In this document: piece after piece, positions 17,231-25,300 of the stretch | Layout: each line of letters starts with the position of its first letter | How positions within the stretch are numbered: the first letter of the stretch is position 1 | Assembly (NCBI GenBank): GCA_016211165.1 | Contig: JACQSU010000086.1 | Coordinates: 1 to 35,587, forward strand | Direction of reading: 5' to 3' | Length of the DNA stretch: 35,587 bases | Source of the DNA: Candidatus Woesearchaeota archaeon | Lineage (GTDB): Archaea; Nanobdellota; Nanobdellia; Woesearchaeales; JAGWAF01 | Notes under the pieces: generated by a model | Databases searched by the model: none | The model's input: the letters and a program-made list of their open reading frames with translations, nothing else | Told to the model about the DNA's origin: nothing | Program-made: the position numbers and the translations under genes

Positions 17231-17992
17231 GTGGCAACTACACACCGAACATTGCGCGATGTGCCGCTCACCTATGCAATTCTTGGAATCCTTGTATTAC
17301 TGCTTCCGATTTACTACGCACTCCTTGACGGACTGCCACGCACAGGTTCCCCTACAGGCGCGCAAACAGCAGAGACACCTGCACAACCTGCAGGAGCAGA
17401 ACCAGCATGCCCCACATTCCCAGCAGGAGGAATGGGCGGGGGATGCAGACTCCTTGGCAATGGAGTCATCAATGTTCCAGCAGAATGCCTCCTCCCATCA
17501 GGATGCACGCTACGCATGAGCAGCACACAATCCACCCCAATTCCACCATGGGGGCAAGGAAGCGGACCAGCATACCGCACATCACAGATTCGCTATGCAC
17601 AGGACCCCACAAGCAACCTGGTCACGCTTGAAGGAAGCCTTATTCAAATTCCTTATTATTCTTATAATCCCTTTTTGAGCTATCCGCAAAGTATTCCCAA
17701 CTACTACATCACTCAGGCGATCCGAGAATCATATAACTTCGTCCCTGGAGGAGGTGTGCCCAGCGAACCGTCCCTTATGACCATGCTCCAAGGAGCAGGC
17801 AGCAGCGAATCCAAAAGCATCCGCTTCCTATACTCTGGGAGTGGAAGCATCTATTATGGAGGTAACATATACGATCTTTTCTGCCAACTAGTTATTGACG
17901 GCGCTCTTGAAAACTCACCACTCCAATTTAACGTCCTCCCTGCGCCAGGAAAGTCCACCCCTCCAATCTGCAATCTGTATGTCTGCCCATGA
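17231..17992 (+). CDS. Hypothetical membrane-anchored/exported protein (253 aa)
   Basis: TATATAAA at 17201 before the GTG; N-terminal TM helix; Pro/Ala linker; ATGA overlap with the next gene. Confidence 0.65.
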   Translation: MATTHRTLRDVPLTYAILGILVLLLPIYYALLDGLPRTGSPTGAQTAETPAQPAGAEPACPTFPAGGMGGGCRLLGNGVINVPAECLLPSGCTLRMSSTQSTPIPPWGQGSGPAYRTSQIRYAQDPTSNLVTLEGSLIQIPYYSYNPFLSYPQSIPNYYITQAIRESYNFVPGGGVPSEPSLMTMLQGAGSSESKSIRFLYSGSGSIYYGGNIYDLFCQLVIDGALENSPLQFNVLPAPGKSTPPICNLYVCP

Positions 17993-20949
17993 GTAAAACC
18001 GACGTGGAGAACCTTGAAAAATTCGGCCTCGCCTCGTTTTCTCAAGATTCTTCTCTGCAATCCCTGGTTATCATCAGCATCACCATCCTTGCCTGTGCTA
18101 GTACAACATCAGCACAACTCACCATGGAACTTGTCTATCCTAATGGCAGCAGCACTGGCACAAACACCACCTGCCCTGACTTTTTTACCTGCATGAACAA
18201 CCTCAACACCTCCATGGTCTGCGACCAAGAAGGCATCTACAATGCAAGCTACACCATCGGAGGACTCAGCAGCACATTCCCAGCATACCCAGTCTGCTAC
18301 TCATTCAAAGGATACTGCAAAGGAGCAGGAGCAACACCCTACGCATGCTTTCCCAACCGCATCGTCGAATGGTCTGACACATCCAACCTCTGCTGCGGCG
18401 CACGACCACCAACACAATGCGGCAAGAACCTGGGCACAACAACATGCGCAAATCCAGGAGGATCACCTGATGTATGGAGCATCGTAAACCCCACAACCAC
18501 GATAGGCGAGGTCGTGCGCGTCGCATGCGCCGACGGAACACTGCTTAGCAATGGCAACACATTCCTTGCCTGCGCAGACACCACCAAACTCGCATCATCA
18601 TACCCCCTGCTTGCTGTTGCGCAGATTGGCAAACCAGGCCGCACACTTCCCAACCACGGATTCATCTGCGCAGAAGAGGACCCTACACGAAACAACAGCA
18701 TCCTTGCCATCCACGAATGCACTGGAGGGGAACCAGGATACGGCGCTGGAGCCAGCGGCTCAAGCACAGGAGAGCGCATCACGCTTGGAGAACTCTTTTC
18801 CGCGAGCATCGGACGTGATGACACGCTATCTGTCAGCGCCCAACGCAACATCAACCCTGCCCAAGGACGCATCAGCGCCATCATCATCACACGCTGGCCT
18901 GGCAGTGAAGATCTGACACGCACACTAATAAGCGCACGCGAGAGCGACACCAAACACCTTGACATCATCAAAAGCAAGAATACCCTCACATGCAGCACTA
19001 CCAACGGCGCAACAACACACTCCGCTCTGGTCAACATCTCCACATGGGCACCCAACGAACCCCACATCATCGAGATGATCTACGGACCAGCAGGCATCAA
19101 CTGCACTGTCGATATGGGCGCATCAAGCAAGACACAAACCTACACACCCATCAATCCATTAACACTCACCATCGGATCAGCACACGGCCAAGCGCAGAAA
19201 TTTAACGCAGACATCAACATCAGCATCAATAATCTTCTCACAAGCGACACACATTACTGCGCAAATGACGCCCAATGGGTCATCGACTTGGACACCAAAA
19301 ACCAAGAAACCTGCACACGCGCACACCTTGCCTGGACAGGAAGCAAATGCTGCTCAGAACACGAAGACCTGCCCTACGAATCCTACAATGACCCGGATCC
19401 TGAAGACTATGACCCAAGCGCAAGCGGCGCCTGTTACCAGAGCCAACACACCCAAAACGGCAAGATCCTGCACAATGGCAGCGTCGCACTCCGCCTTGGC
19501 CAATTCGTCGGTTGCGACCTTGAAACACACAACCAAAGCCTTCTCCGCATCAATGATACCCATACCAATACCACACTCATCGCTGACAAACCCGCCTGCA
19601 CAACCCTTTTTAATCTCTCCAAAGGCATTGTCAACCCTGTTGTCTGCGGGCTTGATGGCAAATGGAATTTCACAAACAACCTTGTACAACACCACCTTGC
19701 TCCCACACCACAAGAAATACTCAACGCACTTGACCCAAGCAATACACAGCGCCGGAGCCCCTCTGGCTGCTGCCCACAACTATCATGCTGGGATGGCAAA
19801 CGCTGCATCGCAAATCAAAAAGACGACAGCAAAACACCAAGCATTGCAGGATATCGCTGCATCGACGGAAACTGGCGCATCCAAGCCCAGCGCACGACAT
19901 TTGACCGATCAGACACAGGATTCTGCCCCAGAGATGACCAATGCCTTATCAAAAGCAATGGCAACCCAAGCCTTAATGACCAACCGCTTCGCCATAATCT
20001 CACCGACCCAACCAAAGGACCTGCCTGCATTGCAGACGGACAACACGTCCTACAAAAAGGCGTGCTAGGCGACTTTAGCGGCACATACTGTCAAAACGGC
20101 ACGTGGACAACACGAACAAAGACACTTGCACTTCATCTTATGGACCACGCCGAAACCACCAGCGCAGGAACCTGGGCAATGTTCTGCGACACATACGAAA
20201 ACGCGCTCACGTTTGTCTCTGACATCCCTGGCGTATCGGATGTGAGCGGCCTTTTGCGTGAATGCACCACAGAAGGACAACAAACACCCTGCGTCAACGA
20301 ATTCTGTGTCCTCAAATACAATCGCGGCGTTGCATGGGGCGTTAGCCTTAACAAACCCATCAATGACCCGACCAAAAGCTTCCTTATAGCGCTTGGACTA
20401 GCGTCCACAAGCTGCAATCAACACATCCTTCCCATAGCAGACAACCAATTCCACGACTGCAGCCAAGGCGTGTGGTACAACCAAGGACAAAACAGCATCA
20501 TATATCTCCCTATCACAGACCAACTCCCCCCACGCCCAACACCCACAATCATAGCTTCACAAGACCCCACGCTGACCACACGCCTCACACCCATCACCAC
20601 CCTTGCACAATCAGCGCTCACACAAGAACTTGCCAATATCACCGCACACACAACGCTTCTTGAACACCTCTACATCAATCGCATCACATCACGCGACATG
20701 ATCGCATTCATCGAAACCCAAGCAAGCCGCGGCGCCGAAAGCACATACCTCGGCGCCACCTACGCACACGTCAACTTCACCGACATCAGCGGCCTTAGCG
20801 GATGCACACTCATCAACAGCAAGATCACCACTGACCTTGCCACTGCATGCACAAATATAAGCAACACACTTACATTCATCGGATTCCAAACACCAGGAGG
20901 AGGAAACCTCGACAGCATCTGGCCTGATGTCTCTGCAAAACTCCGATAA
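17989..20949 (+). CDS. Large secreted Cys-rich protein (986 aa), probable LamG/ConA-like domain; paralog of 9791-12760
   Basis: Collinear similarity to the 989-aa protein through the C-terminal 'QTPG.GNL..IW.D..AKLR'; signal peptide ending 'TTSA|Q'. Confidence 0.8.
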   Translation: MSKTDVENLEKFGLASFSQDSSLQSLVIISITILACASTTSAQLTMELVYPNGSSTGTNTTCPDFFTCMNNLNTSMVCDQEGIYNASYTIGGLSSTFPAYPVCYSFKGYCKGAGATPYACFPNRIVEWSDTSNLCCGARPPTQCGKNLGTTTCANPGGSPDVWSIVNPTTTIGEVVRVACADGTLLSNGNTFLACADTTKLASSYPLLAVAQIGKPGRTLPNHGFICAEEDPTRNNSILAIHECTGGEPGYGAGASGSSTGERITLGELFSASIGRDDTLSVSAQRNINPAQGRISAIIITRWPGSEDLTRTLISARESDTKHLDIIKSKNTLTCSTTNGATTHSALVNISTWAPNEPHIIEMIYGPAGINCTVDMGASSKTQTYTPINPLTLTIGSAHGQAQKFNADINISINNLLTSDTHYCANDAQWVIDLDTKNQETCTRAHLAWTGSKCCSEHEDLPYESYNDPDPEDYDPSASGACYQSQHTQNGKILHNGSVALRLGQFVGCDLETHNQSLLRINDTHTNTTLIADKPACTTLFNLSKGIVNPVVCGLDGKWNFTNNLVQHHLAPTPQEILNALDPSNTQRRSPSGCCPQLSCWDGKRCIANQKDDSKTPSIAGYRCIDGNWRIQAQRTTFDRSDTGFCPRDDQCLIKSNGNPSLNDQPLRHNLTDPTKGPACIADGQHVLQKGVLGDFSGTYCQNGTWTTRTKTLALHLMDHAETTSAGTWAMFCDTYENALTFVSDIPGVSDVSGLLRECTTEGQQTPCVNEFCVLKYNRGVAWGVSLNKPINDPTKSFLIALGLASTSCNQHILPIADNQFHDCSQGVWYNQGQNSIIYLPITDQLPPRPTPTIIASQDPTLTTRLTPITTLAQSALTQELANITAHTTLLEHLYINRITSRDMIAFIETQASRGAESTYLGATYAHVNFTDISGLSGCTLINSKITTDLATACTNISNTLTFIGFQTPGGGNLDSIWPDVSAKLR
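18006..18053. repeat. Palindromic element, family 1 (inside gene 5' end)
   Basis: GAACCTTGAAAAA-TTCGGCCTCGCCTCG-TTTTCTCAAGATTC. Confidence 0.7.
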
Positions 20950-22352
20950 TGATCATGAAAAACTCTGAAAAACTCGGCTCCGCCTCATTTTTTCAGAGTT
21001 TTCTATCCTCACGCGCACAAGTGAGCGGCATGCTCATCCTTGCAACCCTCCTTGTCTTCTTCTTTGCCGCACTCTACTATATCACCACGACATACATCCG
21101 ATCGACTGGCGAAGCGACAATATCCAGGCAACAACTTAGCGAAACCGAACTTGTCCCCCTGCGCACGCATATTCAAGACTGCCTTGATCTTGCCAGCAGA
21201 AACGGGCTTGCACTCGCCGGATTCCAAGGCGGACTCATCTACCGCAGCCAACAAGGACCGCATCCAGACCCGAATCAAGCCGACCTAGGATACACATACC
21301 TCACCTACGACGGAAAAAACCTTCCCTACGCCATTATCCCACCCCAAGAAACCCTTGGACCATACCAAAGCGACCCACCGGAATACCCGTGGGACGGATT
21401 CCCGGAATACCAAGCGCCCTGCACCGAGACCTGTCCTGGACGAATCAACCTAACCAAAGCATTCGCAGGATACAATCTCCTCACCAAACTCGGAAAGAAC
21501 TTCAGCATCTCAATGCAGGACCAACTCGAAGACTACATCCTCACCAAAACCACCACCTGCATCGACTGGCAACAATTCACAAACAAAAACCTCGAATTCT
21601 CAAAAGGCACACCAATGCTCAACGTAAGCATTGCGCAGGCAAGCACCATCATCACGCTCGACTACCCCATCGAGGCAACAAACACCATCACAGGAGCACA
21701 CGCAACACTTCGCGCATTTGCCATCGAATACACTGTACGCCTTGGACAAATGATCAGTTTTACCAGCGACATCATCGACGCAGACATATCCGACCTTGCA
21801 TTTAATCTTAGCGCAAGCGCGGCCGAGAGCCTCACCTTTGAACGCAAGAACCGCATCAGAGGACTCGACTATGTCATCATCACCACAGACCCACACAGCA
21901 CCATCCTCGAAACACCCTACGAACTCCGATTCGCCATCCGCAACCGAAGACCAGCACTCTACTTACTTAATGACTCCACACACCCTGAAATCAACACGTT
22001 CATCATCTGCGGGAGCAAGGACGCGGATGGCAACTACGACCCGCCCAAACTCTCCATCAGAGAATCACCCACCCAATTCTGCATTATCAATGGCGCAGGA
22101 TGCGACCCCACAGGCATATGCGCGCCCCTCAATGCCCTGGACCCTGACGATAATCCCCCCCTATACACTTATAAACTCGACAATCCCGAGAGCACGGCAC
22201 CAACCAGCGGCCAAACCACAGTGAGCGAAGGCACACTTGCATTTTTGCAACTCAACAATGAACGTCTCGAACTGACTGTGAACGTCACAGACGGAGAACA
22301 CGCGGACAGCCAAACACTCCGCTTCCCAGCAACACTCATCGCACGCACATGA
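20949..22352 (+). CDS. Large pilin-like protein with class III signal peptide; paralog of 15833-17188
   Basis: 'SRA|QVSGMLILATLLVFFF'; translationally coupled on both sides; collinear with the paralog. Confidence 0.8.
   Translation: MIMKNSEKLGSASFFQSFLSSRAQVSGMLILATLLVFFFAALYYITTTYIRSTGEATISRQQLSETELVPLRTHIQDCLDLASRNGLALAGFQGGLIYRSQQGPHPDPNQADLGYTYLTYDGKNLPYAIIPPQETLGPYQSDPPEYPWDGFPEYQAPCTETCPGRINLTKAFAGYNLLTKLGKNFSISMQDQLEDYILTKTTTCIDWQQFTNKNLEFSKGTPMLNVSIAQASTIITLDYPIEATNTITGAHATLRAFAIEYTVRLGQMISFTSDIIDADISDLAFNLSASAAESLTFERKNRIRGLDYVIITTDPHSTILETPYELRFAIRNRRPALYLLNDSTHPEINTFIICGSKDADGNYDPPKLSIRESPTQFCIINGAGCDPTGICAPLNALDPDDNPPLYTYKLDNPESTAPTSGQTTVSEGTLAFLQLNNERLELTVNVTDGEHADSQTLRFPATLIART
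20959..21002. repeat. Palindromic element, family 1 (inside gene 5' end)
   Basis: Perfect 14-bp stem AAAACTCTGAAAAA / TTTTTCAGAGTTTT around CTCGGCTCCGCCTCAT. Confidence 0.8.
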
Positions 22353-25300
22353 CACGCAACCCCATCCTGTGGACCCTGACTATTGCGGCACTTCTTGCCA
22401 TCATCGCGCTTTACGCATCAGCAGCAAATATCTGCTGCTGCAACCCTGCGGGCCTTGCGCAAACACCCGGAGTCCTGCAATCCGGACAAGCCCCACCACT
22501 GGGATGCGACACAGCCGCAAACTTCACTGAATTCCTACCAGTCGTCGAATCCCTTGACGTGAACTTCAACACCATCTGCCTTACTGTATGCAACGAAAGC
22601 AGACAACCACCCATCCTCATCAATGTCACACTCGAATGCGGCAACCCAGAATTCCGACCACCAGCAAGCAACCTTAACATCAAACCCATCCAAGGAGCAC
22701 GAGCCTTTGAACTCACCTGGAAAACAAACTGCACATCATACATCGAGTCGTATAGCATCGGCAGATGCGAAGGCATCGACTGCAGACCAGCGAACTTCCT
22801 TGACCTGGGACTCTTTGCCGAAGACAATATCACATCAATCGAGAAACGATTCATCGATGATGATCCACTACTTGAATACTTCACCAACTACACATACCAA
22901 CTCATCGTCAATTACAAAGGATTCGGACCAAGCCCAGCAGCAGTAGGCATCATCGAAAGCGGCGACATCGAATGCGACGGACGCACCACGGACCAGCAAT
23001 TCTGCATCAATGGCAAAGACTTCTACTTGCGACCATTTGAAATCTACCTCAAACAATTCGGCTATGGACCACTCCCCGGCATCCGCTTCCGCACCAGATA
23101 CGAAGACACCGTTGACCTTGCCTTCTTTGGAAGAAACCGACGCGCCTACCAATGCACAACAACCAATGAACTCACCCAAACCCGGGACTGCAGCCAAGAA
23201 GGATTCTGCATCATCCGCAACAATATCCCAATGTGCGTACAGGAAGAAAACTGCAAAAACGCAACCCAATTCGCCCTCGATGTCACCCAACAAAGCTGTG
23301 AAGGAAGCACATCAAGCCCACGCTACTGCTTTTTTGATCGCAGCAGAACACTCATCGACGACTGCTTTGGCTGCAGACCCGACCTTTTGTGCATCGACTA
23401 CAAGAGCAAGGGAGCCTGCGAGCGCGACAATTGCAAACTCGCCAACTGCGCATGGCGGGATGTCTTCCCATCCATCGGCATCGGCGTATGCGTCAATACC
23501 CAACAAAACAACTGCTTCCTATGCAACGCAACAGGCTCCTTTAACAGCCCCACAAACGCAAGCTTCAACCAAATCTTTGACACATGCATACGATCCCGAA
23601 GCGACGCGCTTAGCACAGAAAAATACCCCTGCTTTTTTAGCACCAAGGACGACGGCGGAAGCAGAAGCTGCACAGACGCGGACTGCACGGTTTTCACCCA
23701 AGCAGAATGCGGACGGCCAATAAACGGCATCCAACTTGACAATCTTAACAGACTCATCAGCAGATCAACAGATCCCTGCACTATCGGCGTATGCGACTTT
23801 GACCCGAGTGTAGGATGCGCCAAGAATGCAAATGCAAAAATCGACGTAGGATCTGACTTTAGAGACTGCGGATCACTTCCTGCAAACAAACAACGCGGAT
23901 GCGAACTCGACTACTTCCCGCCAACAACAACCATTGTCCCCACAAGCCCCACAAACCCTTCCCGCGTCGACGCGCTTAACATCACCCAACGGGACAAAGC
24001 AAACCTCACCACAGGAGCCGCGCTCATTGCGGACCGCGCCAAACGACTCAAAACAGCATTCTGCACCTACCCCACAGGCGGCACACCATGCACACAGATG
24101 AGGGACACAACCTCACCAGCGCTCCTGCTTAATGACCTTCTCTTACTTGATGGCACGGCAGTCGTCGCCAATCTTGTGGAAGGATCCAATACCATCCGAT
24201 TCTTTAGCGAAGACGCTGCCAAGAACCTTGAAATCATCAAAGAAGTCCGCTTTTCAGCCTGCGCCCGATGCCAGGGACCACGAATCATCGGAAAGAATGT
24301 AAGCAATGGCAAACTCGTGAATAGCATCTTCTTTACCAATGATCAACAACCCAAAGTCGCCTTGCAATTCAACGAACAAGCCACTATCATTGAAGCAATC
24401 TTTATCCAACCCATCGGACGCACAGTCCGCGTCACGCCCTCACGCCAGATCTTTACTAGCGAAAACCTCAACTACACCTTTGAGAGCATCGAATCACTTG
24501 CCGAATCAACATACACATTTCAAGTCAATGCAAAAGACAACCAAGACGTCCCCATGGACGAACCTGACACAACAACCATCATCATTGACCGCACACCACC
24601 ACGAATCAATGCCACAGGCAATCTCATTCCACTCGGACTTGCAACATTCAACACCGACACCATCGCCATCATCCTTAACTTCAGCGAAGAAATCGACATC
24701 CAAGACATTATCCTCTCCCGACTAGAAATCGATGACTTCAACACCAGAATTGTCGAAGCATCGCTACGCAATAACTTCACCATCTCCCCAACACACGCCA
24801 AGGCAACACTGCGCTTTAGCGACGGCCCACACACACTCCGCATCATCGCCACAGACCACGCATCAAACCCACTTGATCCAAACAAGGCACGATTTGATTT
24901 TATCATCTCCAAAGGCGCAAGCCGCATCCGTCTTCTCTCACCAGCATTTGGCGCATCCCCAAACTTTAGTTTCGATGTCGGCATTGAAACACTCGTGCCA
25001 ACAAAATGCCGATTCCTCTCCCGCCCGGGAACACTCATCCCCAATGACTTTTTGGACTGGCAAAAATTCGATGATAATGACGCATTCTCCACACGCCACA
25101 CCCTGGCAAGATACAGTGACATCACAGAACCAAACACCAAAACACCATTCCACGTCTTTTGCATGGATGGACAGAACCGACCAACAAAACAGGTATTCGA
25201 ACTCCAGGTCCAAAACAGCCCCCCGCGCATCCTCTCTGCGCTCGCAGACCCCAACCCCATCATCCAATTCCCATTGCGCACAACACTCAAAATCAACACA

